Virus record (IMG/VR): IMGVR_UViG_3300027763_002034
Coordinates: 1-64,000 of that record
DNA length: 64,000 nucleotides
Source of the DNA: an uncultured virus (IMG/VR IMGVR_UViG_3300027763_002034)
Lineage: Duplodnaviria > Heunggongvirae > Uroviricota > Caudoviricetes
Reading direction: 5' to 3' (one strand)
Numbering within the stretch: position 1 is the stretch's first letter; every line of letters starts with the position of its first letter. Position numbers and translations under genes: made by a program. This document shows, piece after piece, positions 40,809-49,534 of this stretch. A model generated the notes under the pieces. The model saw only the letters and a list, made by a program, of their open reading frames with translations. It was not told the origin of the DNA and searched no databases.

Positions 40809-42821
40809 ATGTCAGTAGATTTTTTTGAAGATGGTCCAACCACAAACCCAAAGAAAGTTAGAAAAGGTTCTAACACCCCAATTTTAGATAACTTCTCTCG
40901 TGATCTTATTAAGATGGCCGAGGAAGGTAAGATTGACCCTATTGTTGGTAGGGACGTTGAAGTAAAAAGAATTGCACAAATTCTATCTCGTAAAAAGAAA
41001 AACAACGCAGTTATTGTTGGTGACGCTGGTGTCGGTAAATCTGCATTAGTTGAGAAACTTGCGTTAATGATTCACAAAGGTGATTGCCCAACAAATCTTT
41101 TAGATAAAAGAATTATGTCTTTGGATTTAACATCACTTGTTGCTGGAACAAAATATCGTGGTCAATTTGAAGAAAGAATTAAGGCAATTTTAAATGAGTT
41201 GGTTGAAGCACCGAACGTAATTGTTTTTATTGATGAACTTCATACCATGGTTGGTGCAGGAAATGCGAGTGGTTCTATGGATGCCGCAAATATTCTTAAA
41301 CCAGCATTAGCAAGAGGTGAAATACAATGTATTGGTGCAACAACTTTTGATGAATTTAAAAAACACATTGAAAAAGACAGTGCGCTCGTTAGAAGATTTC
41401 AAAAAATAATCCTAAAGGAACCAACAGAGTTAGAGACAATTGAAATTTTAAAAAATCTAACAACATCATATCAAGATTTTCATAAAGTAACGTATGAGGA
41501 TGGTGTAATTGAAGTAATTGTAAGGTTAGCAGGAAGATACATAACCGAAAGACAATTTCCCGATAAGGCAATTGACGTATTAGATGAATTGGGTTCTGAA
41601 AAAAGAATATCAACAAGAATTCCTGAATCAATTGAAAAATTAAAATTTCAAATTGATGAAATCAAAGAGAAAAAAATACAAGTTGTTAAAAGTCAGAATT
41701 ACGAACAAGCGGCAAAATTGAGAGACGAAGAAAAGAAAGTAGTTACTAAACTTGAAGATGAGAAATATAAATGGTCTGAAAAACAAAAAGACAATAAGAT
41801 ACCAATTACTATTGATAATGTTTATGAAATCATTTCTCAAATGACAGGGGTTCCAATTAGTAAACTTGATGCAAAAGAAACTCAAAAGTTATTACAACTC
41901 GAGGATTTGTTATCTGAAAAAGTTATTGGTCAACCTGAAGCGATTTCTACAATATCAAGGTCAATCAGAAGAAATAGAGTAGGTATTAAAGACGCGAATA
42001 AACCTATTGGTTCATTCATATTCTTAGGTTCAACTGGTGTAGGTAAAACTTATCTTGCTAAAACATTAGCACAATACTTGTTTGGTGATGAAGATAAAAT
42101 CATTCGTGTTGATATGAGTGAATATATGGATAGACACAACGTATCAAAATTAATTGGTTCTCCCCCAGGTTTTGTTGGGTATGATGAAGGAGGTCAGTTA
42201 ACCGAGAAAGTTAAAAATAACCCCTTCTCTGTCATTTTATTTGATGAAATTGAGAAAGCACATAAAGACGTGTTCAACATACTATTACAAATTTTAGATG
42301 AAGGTCATTTAACTGATTCATTTGGTAGAAAAGTTAATTTTACAAATTGTTTGGTTATTATGACATCTAACATTGGGGCGAAACGTGTTTCTGAATTTGG
42401 TGGTGGTGTTGGATTTAGTACATCATCAAGCGAAGTTCAAAAATATGAAGTTAGAAAAACAATGATACAAAAAGCGTTGAAACAACATTTTAATCCTGAG
42501 TTTTTAAATCGTATTGATGACATAATCTTATTTAATGCACTGAACGAAGAAACATTGAAAAAAATTATTGACCTTGAAATTAATAGATTGTCGAATAGAT
42601 TAAAAGATAAAGGATATAAAGTTAATTTTGATAAAACAGTCACCAATAGAGTATTTGAATTAAATTCGCAAGAAGAATATGGAGCTAGACCAGTAAAAAG
42701 AATTATTCAAAATCTTTGTGAGGATTTTTTAAGTGAAGAAATTTTAAAAGGTAATATTGTTGAGGGTAAATTAATAAATCTCAAATATAAAGACGAAAAA
42801 TTAACAATCTCAAAAAAATAA
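40809..42821 (+). CDS. clpC: ClpC-like Hsp100 AAA+ unfoldase lacking the N-terminal domain
   Basis: GDAGVGKS, FIDELH, UVR-like QNYEQAAKLRD, GSTGVGKT, FDEIEKAH, VGF loop, GARP. Confidence 0.88.
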   Translation: MSVDFFEDGPTTNPKKVRKGSNTPILDNFSRDLIKMAEEGKIDPIVGRDVEVKRIAQILSRKKKNNAVIVGDAGVGKSALVEKLALMIHKGDCPTNLLDKRIMSLDLTSLVAGTKYRGQFEERIKAILNELVEAPNVIVFIDELHTMVGAGNASGSMDAANILKPALARGEIQCIGATTFDEFKKHIEKDSALVRRFQKIILKEPTELETIEILKNLTTSYQDFHKVTYEDGVIEVIVRLAGRYITERQFPDKAIDVLDELGSEKRISTRIPESIEKLKFQIDEIKEKKIQVVKSQNYEQAAKLRDEEKKVVTKLEDEKYKWSEKQKDNKIPITIDNVYEIISQMTGVPISKLDAKETQKLLQLEDLLSEKVIGQPEAISTISRSIRRNRVGIKDANKPIGSFIFLGSTGVGKTYLAKTLAQYLFGDEDKIIRVDMSEYMDRHNVSKLIGSPPGFVGYDEGGQLTEKVKNNPFSVILFDEIEKAHKDVFNILLQILDEGHLTDSFGRKVNFTNCLVIMTSNIGAKRVSEFGGGVGFSTSSSEVQKYEVRKTMIQKALKQHFNPEFLNRIDDIILFNALNEETLKKIIDLEINRLSNRLKDKGYKVNFDKTVTNRVFELNSQEEYGARPVKRIIQNLCEDFLSEEILKGNIVEGKLINLKYKDEKLTISKK

Positions 42822-42832
42822 TTTTAAGTTTT

Positions 42833-43522
42833 ATGGATAAAAATTTATGGGTTTTTGGTGATTCGTTTACTTCATCGTTTAAATTACAAAAAGAAGGTAA
42901 AGTTTCGTATGATTATGTAAAATACAAAGGGTACCCACCGAAAGTTTTTTCTGAAATTATAAGTGAAACCATCAATATAAACTTAATTGATAAATCTATT
43001 GCGGGAACATGTAATCAAACAATATTTCATTGGTTTGTTGATAATATAAATCGAATAAATGATGGTGATATTGTTATTTTTGGTTGGACCCAAAATATGA
43101 GATTTAATGCTGCAACAAAAGATAATAGACTTTTTCCTATTTTAATTGGCGGTGCAAATGAAAAAGTTTACAATTTTATTGATGTTTCATTTGAATCATT
43201 AGTTGATTTATCAATGAATAGATTAAAATATTCAGTTTTTTGGACTGAGGTTACCGACTACATTAAGGTCATTAATCATATTTTAAAAAATAATTTGGTT
43301 TACCATTGGACATGGGTCGACCCATCTAACGATTATCAATTAGATAATGATGATTACCAAAAAGAATTTTATGATTTTTTAATTCCGTTTAAAAAACGTC
43401 CTTCTATTACAATTGAAACCAATAATCTTGTTGATGATTTTCATTGGGGGGAAGAGGCTCATAAAGATTTTGCGATTGAAATTTTAAAATATATCGAATT
43501 AAATAAAAATTTTAATAAATAG
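42833..43522 (+). CDS. SGNH/GDSL hydrolase-like protein
   Basis: FGDSFT ... DDFHW; paralogue at 61634..62296. Confidence 0.7.
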   Translation: MDKNLWVFGDSFTSSFKLQKEGKVSYDYVKYKGYPPKVFSEIISETININLIDKSIAGTCNQTIFHWFVDNINRINDGDIVIFGWTQNMRFNAATKDNRLFPILIGGANEKVYNFIDVSFESLVDLSMNRLKYSVFWTEVTDYIKVINHILKNNLVYHWTWVDPSNDYQLDNDDYQKEFYDFLIPFKKRPSITIETNNLVDDFHWGEEAHKDFAIEILKYIELNKNFNK

Positions 43523-43560
43523 TTGACTTTTTAGTAAAGTTATATATATTTATATCACTA

Positions 43561-43657
43561 TAGGTTCTCTTTGTCGATAACCTTTTCGTTTCTTAAATTA
43601 AGTGGGGTTGAACCCACCGAAAGACCTTAAACCCCGACATCTCGTTGGGGTTTTTTT
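43561..43657 (+). ncRNA. Candidate stand-alone structured small RNA ending in an intrinsic terminator
   Basis: Promoter-like TTGACT...TATATTTAT upstream; hairpins AGGTT/AACCT, GTGGG/CCCAC, TTTCG/CGAAA; terminator AAACCCCGAC-ATCTC-GTTGGGGTTTTTTT. Confidence 0.5.
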
Positions 43658-43701
43658 ATGGAATTTGGTTTTATCGTTAAACTTTCGTATATTTACTATA
43701 T

Positions 43702-43893
43702 ATGAAAAAATTAACATTTATCTTAGCTCTTGGTGTAGCACTTACACTAACAGCATGTGGTTCAGGGTCAGCCGCAACAGAAACAACGGACTCTACAATG
43801 GCTCCTGTTGCAGATACAACTGCAGTAGTTGCTGATTCAACAGTGGCACCTGTAACAGGTGGTGAAGTAAAAACTGAAATACCACAAAAATAA
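43702..43893 (+). CDS. Small lipoprotein
   Basis: MKK-hydrophobic-LTAC lipobox, Thr/Ala/Asp-rich tail; own promoter-like TTTG-N20-TATATTTA and terminator. Confidence 0.8.
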   Translation: MKKLTFILALGVALTLTACGSGSAATETTDSTMAPVADTTAVVADSTVAPVTGGEVKTEIPQK

Positions 43894-43899
43894 GAAATC

Positions 43900-43930
43900 G
43901 GGGTTGGTTTCATACTGACCCCAATTTTTT
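43900..43930 (+). terminator. Intrinsic terminator after lipoprotein
   Basis: GGGGTTGGT-TTCAT-ACTGACCCC + T-run. Confidence 0.7.
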
Positions 43931-43947
43931 AATTCTAAATCTCTCCT

Positions 43948-44376
43948 ATGGATAGTGTAAACGAAGCTCAGGGCGAATTAATATTATTAAGAGGGTTACC
44001 TGGTTCTGGTAAATCAACGTTAGCTAAAATCATATTACAACTTAGAAGTACAGATGAACCTGAGGTTTTATCGGCTGATGATTTTTTTATCAACGAAAAT
44101 AGTGAATACGATTTTGATTCACAAAAAATAAAAGAAGCGCATAACTATTGTCAATTTAGATGTTCAGAAAGGATGAGACAACAAAAGGCAAGGATAGTTG
44201 TTGCAAATACTTTTACTCAAGAATGGGAAATGGACGAATATTTTAAAATGGCAGAAAGGTACAATTATCGTGTTCATACGGTGGTTGTTGAAAATAGACA
44301 TGGTAATGAAAATGTTCACGGAGTTCCCGAAGATAAACTTCAACAAATGAAGAATAGATTTCAAGTTAAACTTTAA
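43948..44376 (+). CDS. P-loop polynucleotide kinase-like protein (AAA_33/N4BP2-like)
   Basis: LRGLPGSGKST, SADDFF, AH..C, VANT, NVHGVP. Confidence 0.85.
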   Translation: MDSVNEAQGELILLRGLPGSGKSTLAKIILQLRSTDEPEVLSADDFFINENSEYDFDSQKIKEAHNYCQFRCSERMRQQKARIVVANTFTQEWEMDEYFKMAERYNYRVHTVVVENRHGNENVHGVPEDKLQQMKNRFQVKL

Positions 44377-44618
44377 TGAGTCAATTTATTTCTTCTTATG
44401 TTAAAACAATTAACCCAAAACCAAAGATGAAATTTCACGCTAACTTACATAGAAACCAATGGTTAATATATCCATTACCTTTTGTTTATTTTTATTTTGA
44501 AACATGTCAACCCGATTCTCATGTATCAATTTGGAAAAACAAAATGTGTGGAGTATATTTGTCCTTTAATTGGTTGAAACATACCTACAACATCGGATTT
44601 CACAAAACAATAAACTAA
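44376..44618 (+). CDS. Hypothetical protein
   Basis: 80-aa ORF with TAATG coupling on both sides. Confidence 0.55.
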   Translation: MSQFISSYVKTINPKPKMKFHANLHRNQWLIYPLPFVYFYFETCQPDSHVSIWKNKMCGVYLSFNWLKHTYNIGFHKTIN

Positions 44619-45691
44619 TGTTAGAAATTTTAGAGAAATATTATACTGATGGTTTGTTGCATAAACAAACACATCCTACTAAAGATTTGACTATATGGAA
44701 TTATTCTCCTAAAGTTCAATATGAGCGTCTTTGGGATGAAATAACTATTATGTGCCGTGGATTGGTTACCAATTCAAAAGGTGAGATTGTTGCAAGACCA
44801 TTTAAGAAATTTTTTAACTACGAAGAACATAAACCAGAAGAAATACCTAATGAAGATTATGTGGTCTATGAAAAGATGGATGGATCGTTAGGTATTCTTT
44901 TTAATTATGAAAATGAATGGATATTATCAACACGCGGATCCTTCACATCACAACAGGCAATTAAGGGTAAAGAAATTCTTGATAAGAAATATGATGTTAG
45001 TTCATTAAGAAAAGACAACACATATTTGTTTGAAATAATTTTCAAAGAAAACCGAATAGTAGTAAATTACGGTGATGAAGAAAAGTTAGTTTTACTTGGT
45101 GCCATTCATACTGAAAGTGGAAATGAAGTTCCTGACAGTTCTTTATTCTTTATGCAAGAAGGTGGTTGGGAATTAGTAATGACATATAAAACATGGGGAG
45201 AAGGATATGATTTACTTAAAGAAGAAATACAAAAGGATAGAGAGGGATATGTAATTAAATTTAAGAATGGTTTTCGTATGAAAATCAAAGGGGAAGAGTA
45301 TAAAAGATTACATAAAATATTAACCAATTTTTCATCCAAAGATATTTGGGAATTATTGAGGGATGGAAAACCTATGGATGAATTTTTAGATAGGGTACCT
45401 GATGAATTTTACAAGTGGGTTAAACAACAAGTGAGTTCTTTTGAATATGCCAAATACAGAATTGGAGAACATTGTGGTAAGATACATGATTATTTTAGAT
45501 ACGGAAAATATGGAGATGTAGACCCTGAACCAACAAAAAAAGATTTTGCATTACATTTAGAAAAATGTGATGTTGAAACATTTTATAGACCAATATTATT
45601 TGCAATGTGGGACGGAAAACCATATGAACATATTATTTGGAGAATAATGAAACCTAAATACGAAAAACCATTTAAGAAAGATGAAAATTAA
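44618..45691 (+). CDS. RNA ligase, T4 Rnl1-like
   Basis: CRG, PFKKFFN, motif I EKMDGSLG, TRGSF, FEII, EGYV, MKIK. Confidence 0.9.
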   Translation: MLEILEKYYTDGLLHKQTHPTKDLTIWNYSPKVQYERLWDEITIMCRGLVTNSKGEIVARPFKKFFNYEEHKPEEIPNEDYVVYEKMDGSLGILFNYENEWILSTRGSFTSQQAIKGKEILDKKYDVSSLRKDNTYLFEIIFKENRIVVNYGDEEKLVLLGAIHTESGNEVPDSSLFFMQEGGWELVMTYKTWGEGYDLLKEEIQKDREGYVIKFKNGFRMKIKGEEYKRLHKILTNFSSKDIWELLRDGKPMDEFLDRVPDEFYKWVKQQVSSFEYAKYRIGEHCGKIHDYFRYGKYGDVDPEPTKKDFALHLEKCDVETFYRPILFAMWDGKPYEHIIWRIMKPKYEKPFKKDEN

Positions 45692-46169
45692 TAATAAATT
45701 GAGATTATATCTTGATGATGTAAGAACACCATTAGCTAAAGATTGGATAATTGCCCGTAATTATGATGAATTTGTGGCTGCAATTAAATTACACGGATTA
45801 GGTAATTTTGAAGTTATATCTTTAGATCATGATTTAGGTGAAGGTGCCATGATAGAATATTATACAAATGTAAAAAATAATTATATGTTGGATTATAACA
45901 ACATAGAAGAAAAAACTGGTATGGATTGTTGTAGATATTTGGTTGCTGAAAGTATGAATGAAAAAATACCCTTACCTCAAATTTATATTCATTCGGCAAA
46001 TCCTATTGGTAGTGCCAATATGATGGGATATATTAACAATTATTTAAAAAACTGTAGGTTACCTCAAACCTGTATAAGTGTTAAAATTGAACATACAATA
46101 GATGAACCGTTAATGTTATCCCCAGAGGCTAGAAAAGCAAAATGGGATAAATCTATGGATAACGAATAA
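45681..46169 (+). CDS. Cyclic-phosphate-processing receiver-domain protein
   Basis: LYLDDVR.P, ISLDHDLG, TG.D, IHSANP.G. Confidence 0.8.
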   Translation: MKINNKLRLYLDDVRTPLAKDWIIARNYDEFVAAIKLHGLGNFEVISLDHDLGEGAMIEYYTNVKNNYMLDYNNIEEKTGMDCCRYLVAESMNEKIPLPQIYIHSANPIGSANMMGYINNYLKNCRLPQTCISVKIEHTIDEPLMLSPEARKAKWDKSMDNE

Positions 46170-46173
46170 ATTT

Positions 46174-46204
46174 TTTGTTGTTTTATTAAAATGTTGTAAT
46201 TTTG
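46174..46204 (+). promoter_or_regulatory. Bacteroidota-type promoter
   Basis: TTTG-N19-TAATTTTG. Confidence 0.55.
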
Positions 46205-46244
46205 ATGTACGAACTAAATTAACTAACTTACTAAACACCATTTA

Positions 46245-46571
46245 ATGCGAAAAAATAAAAATGAAGAACCATTTAAGTCGTTGATAATCAAGGACAAGTA
46301 TAAAAATTACGAAGATTTTTATAGTGAGAATAAAACGTTAATTTATAAATCAATTTTAAATGTTTTTGAAGAATTTAAAACTACAAGTAAAGAAAATCTT
46401 ACTTTTTATATCTCGGCAAAAATAAAAAATGAAGAATGGGATACTGAATTTAAATTTCATAAACAAGAATCTATAATATTGAAAAGGGATTTAATTCCAC
46501 ATTTTGAAGAAATCGAGGATTATGAAACTTGTATTGAGATAAATAATTTATATAAAGAATTGACTTCTTAA
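46245..46571 (+). CDS. Hypothetical protein with C-terminal UVR-like EDYETC segment
   Basis: 108-aa ORF. Confidence 0.6.
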   Translation: MRKNKNEEPFKSLIIKDKYKNYEDFYSENKTLIYKSILNVFEEFKTTSKENLTFYISAKIKNEEWDTEFKFHKQESIILKRDLIPHFEEIEDYETCIEINNLYKELTS

Positions 46572-46593
46572 AATCTAATTAATATATTAGTAA

Positions 46594-46660
46594 AGTATCA
46601 GGAGAGAGGTACATTTATTTTTTGTCACATCCTCGAGGTTTATACTTCGGGGATTTTTTT
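46594..46660 (+). ncRNA. Candidate trans-acting antisense small RNA
   Basis: TTGACT...TATATTAG promoter-like site, 31-nt segment matching start regions of the minus-strand cluster, terminator ATCCTCGAGG-TTTATA-CTTCGGGAT-T8. Confidence 0.55.
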
Positions 46661-48252
46661 TATAATACCATTCTACTACCTATCTGAAAGTTGCTTAAAA
46701 ATACGGAATACGGTTTAGTATTACCACTTATTTTGTAATTAAACGCAAACCCAAATCTCTTACTAAGTTTATAATCAAATGCGGTTCCTAATAAGAAACC
46801 CATATGTCTATTAACTGTCGATGCCCCTGTGACACTATTCCAAGAGATAGGTGAGAACATCGTGAACACTTGAGGTGATATTGTAAGTTTTTTTGAATAG
46901 ACGTAAGGTTTGGTCCAAAATGCAATTGCAGAACTTGCCATATTATAATCAAACCCACCATTATCGTTTTTAAGAAATAAATTAATGACACCAACGTTAT
47001 AACCAAATGTTCCCTTTTTAGGTGTTGGTTTAATCCAAGTATAACCCATTAAGTTCATATAGTTACCTGCCAAATATGCAAATGCTGTTCCGTATGAGTG
47101 TATTGCGTCTAATTGTCCATCTTCGGTCATTTTCATTTTTGTAATACCTCCTGTTAATATAATAGAACTTAAGTCACTATTCACTATCAATCCACCACTA
47201 TAACTTACATCACCAGCCATAGATGATTTACTAAGTCCTAATGATATAGACGCTAAAAACTTACCTCGTTCCGTTTCTGCCGTTGTTATATCTGATGCAA
47301 GTAATGTTGGATTTGTTACTTCTTGTTTTTTCTTTTTTTCTTCTTCTTTTTTCTTTTCTTCCTCTTTCTTTTTCTCTTCCTCTTTTTTAGCTTCTTCCTT
47401 TTTTTCCTCAGTCTTTTTTTCTTCTGATTTCTTTTCTTCGGTTTTAGTTTCCTCTTTCTTTTCTTCGGTTTTAGCTTCAGTTTTCTTTTCCTCAGTTTTT
47501 TGTTCTGCGGGTTTATCCGATTTAGTTTCGGCAGGTTTAGTTTCTGTGGGTTTTGCCTCAGCAGGTTTTGCTTCCGTTGATGACGAACTACTTGATGAAG
47601 AAGATGAACCGCCACTTGCCGGAGGTGGGGATGACGAACTACTTGCAGGTGGTGGTGCCGCTGTTGGTGGGGGAGCGGCAACTACGGGTGGTGGCGGAGG
47701 AGGTGCAATGTTTATTGGTGGTGGAGTTGATGCTGCTGCGGATGCTGCCGCTCCACTTGCTGCGGATGATGCTGCCCCACTTGCCGCTCCGCTCGCTGCA
47801 GATGATGCAGCTCCACTTGCGGCTCCACTCGCCGCACTTGCCGCCGCCTTTGCGGCTGCATCTGATGCCGCTTTTGCTGCCGCGTCTGATGCAGCTTTCG
47901 CCGCGGCATCTGCGGCGGCCTTTGCGGCTGCGTCCGCCGCTGCTCTCGCCGCGGCATCTGCTGCTGCTCTTGCTGCGGCTTCCTGTGCTAATCTTATTGC
48001 GTCGTTTTGTGGACAAGGTGTTGCGAATATACTATTAACCCAAACTTGAAACGCACCACTACTCATGTCGGCTAACGTAACTATTTTAGACTTACCTCTA
48101 ATAACGGCTATTGTTTGATTTTGACCAAAGGGAATTGTTACCACGTAAACTTTATTGTCACATGGATCTATATATGTTTGTGTTATAGTACTTTGACTAA
48201 ATGACTTACTACAAAAAAATAATATTAGGAGAGAGATAATATATTTTTTCAT
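46660..48252 (-). CDS. Secreted/outer-membrane protein: signal peptide, Ala-, Pro/Ser- and Lys/Glu-rich spacer, C-terminal beta-barrel-like domain
   Basis: MKKYIISLLILFF signal; (KAAxDAAA)n; alternating-hydrophobic strands in last ~215 aa. Confidence 0.7.
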   Translation of the reverse strand: MKKYIISLLILFFCSKSFSQSTITQTYIDPCDNKVYVVTIPFGQNQTIAVIRGKSKIVTLADMSSGAFQVWVNSIFATPCPQNDAIRLAQEAAARAAADAAARAAADAAAKAAADAAAKAASDAAAKAASDAAAKAAASAASGAASGAASSAASGAASGAASSAASGAAASAAASTPPPINIAPPPPPPVVAAPPPTAAPPPASSSSSPPPASGGSSSSSSSSSSTEAKPAEAKPTETKPAETKSDKPAEQKTEEKKTEAKTEEKKEETKTEEKKSEEKKTEEKKEEAKKEEEKKKEEEKKKEEEKKKKQEVTNPTLLASDITTAETERGKFLASISLGLSKSSMAGDVSYSGGLIVNSDLSSIILTGGITKMKMTEDGQLDAIHSYGTAFAYLAGNYMNLMGYTWIKPTPKKGTFGYNVGVINLFLKNDNGGFDYNMASSAIAFWTKPYVYSKKLTISPQVFTMFSPISWNSVTGASTVNRHMGFLLGTAFDYKLSKRFGFAFNYKISGNTKPYSVFLSNFQIGSRMVL

Positions 48253-49100
48253 TATTTGTTATTCAAACCAATTGCTATTTGTGTGTATCCTCTTATTGGG
48301 TCAGCATCTACTTTTAATGTAACAAATTTAAAATCTTTTATAATACCAACTTTAAATGTTGTAAATGATGAATTTGATTTTGGAAACGATATACCACCAA
48401 TATCATCTTTACCTTGCCATCTAATAACTTCATTACCGAATCCTATCATACCGTGTATTCCTATTTTACCAATTCTTTTACCACCACCAACATAGAAAGT
48501 TGATTCTTTTTTCCAATCGTTTTTACTTAATGGGAAATCAACATTGTTAATTTGACCATATGGATAATAGCTGTTTTGGTCTATTGCGTAAGTCATTACA
48601 TAGTCCATAATAAAATATCCTTTATTACCACCAATCAATCCCCAGTAAGCAATTTGTTTATTATTTGTATGTCCTATACCCGCCGAAAATAATACAGGTG
48701 TTGAAGTGACCGTATCTCTTTTACCATTCTCATATATTCTAACTACACTTCTTTGTCTCCATCCATAATCATCATACCATATATAAGGATAAGGTTGATA
48801 CCATCCCCATACACCATATTGTAAACCATACGGATTGTATGTTGTAGGTCTATATCTTCTTGTTAAAGGTTGTCCCTGAAAATTATCACCTGGTCTTATT
48901 GGTGCAGTTTGTGTTCTCCATTGACTCACATTATTTTGTTGTTGTGGTACAGATGGTTGAACTCTTGGTGCTGATTGTGTTGTTTGTGGTGAAACACTTC
49001 CACCTGTTTGTCTCCAAGAACTAACTTGAGCATTCAACATTATTGTGCAGAATAATATTAATATTAATATTAAACCTGTAACTAATAAAACCTTTTTCAT
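48252..49100 (-). CDS. Secreted protein with probable small beta-barrel
   Basis: Signal peptide ending LNA/Q, Gln/Pro/Tyr-rich N-part, amphipathic strands. Confidence 0.65.
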   Translation of the reverse strand: MKKVLLVTGLILILILFCTIMLNAQVSSWRQTGGSVSPQTTQSAPRVQPSVPQQQNNVSQWRTQTAPIRPGDNFQGQPLTRRYRPTTYNPYGLQYGVWGWYQPYPYIWYDDYGWRQRSVVRIYENGKRDTVTSTPVLFSAGIGHTNNKQIAYWGLIGGNKGYFIMDYVMTYAIDQNSYYPYGQINNVDFPLSKNDWKKESTFYVGGGKRIGKIGIHGMIGFGNEVIRWQGKDDIGGISFPKSNSSFTTFKVGIIKDFKFVTLKVDADPIRGYTQIAIGLNNK

Positions 49101-49276
49101 ACTGTTTCAGTTAAAATTGTGGTTAGTAAATAACCGGTTATTATTGGGGCTGGTGAAAATATTAAAAAAAAGAACAACAACCTCCAAACTAATGGGTCAA
49201 CATTGGTACGGTGACTTAAACCACTACACACACCAAAGAAAACTTTATCGTCGTGAACTCTCTTAAACTTTTTCAT
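49097..49276 (-). CDS. pspC: PspC-domain membrane protein (59 aa, below ORF-track cutoff)
   Basis: MKKFKRVHDDKVFFGVCSGLSHRTNVDPLVWRLLFFFLIFSPAPIITGYLLTTILTETV. Confidence 0.8.
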   Translation of the reverse strand: MKKFKRVHDDKVFFGVCSGLSHRTNVDPLVWRLLFFFLIFSPAPIITGYLLTTILTETV

Positions 49277-49290
49277 ATAATATAAATATT

Positions 49291-49316
49291 AAAAAAGGGG
49301 TTATAAAACCCCTTTT
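49291..49316 (-). terminator. Terminator-like hairpin at end of feoA
   Basis: AAAAGGGGTT-ATAA-AACCCCTTTT. Confidence 0.6.
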
Positions 49317-49534
49317 AAACATATTCTATCTAATTCTTCTTGTCTTAAACCTATGGTTGAATCTATTTGTCCTCCCTCGGATAAAATATTTACCAAATAA
49401 AGACCAAATTTTTTATCACTTATCTCTATTTCTTGTCCATGTATAAACCCCATATCCATTAATCTTAATCTCATACATGGTACACAATTTTCACAAGGAT
49501 TATTTTGTGGAACGTCCACTACTTCGTATTTCAT
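49301..49534 (-). CDS. feoA: FeoA-like SH3-fold protein with CxxCxxC
   Basis: RLRLMDMGFIHGQEIEI ... IGLRQEE..RI. Confidence 0.7.
   Translation of the reverse strand: MKYEVVDVPQNNPCENCVPCMRLRLMDMGFIHGQEIEISDKKFGLYLVNILSEGGQIDSTIGLRQEELDRICLKGVL

Noticed and set aside
43602..43913. ORFs 43602..43835(+) and 43677..43913(-)
   Set aside because: Overlap a terminator and the clear lipoprotein gene
47316..48049. Several overlapping ORFs in the GC-rich repeat
   Set aside because: Alternative frames of low-complexity Ala/Pro/Lys coding DNA
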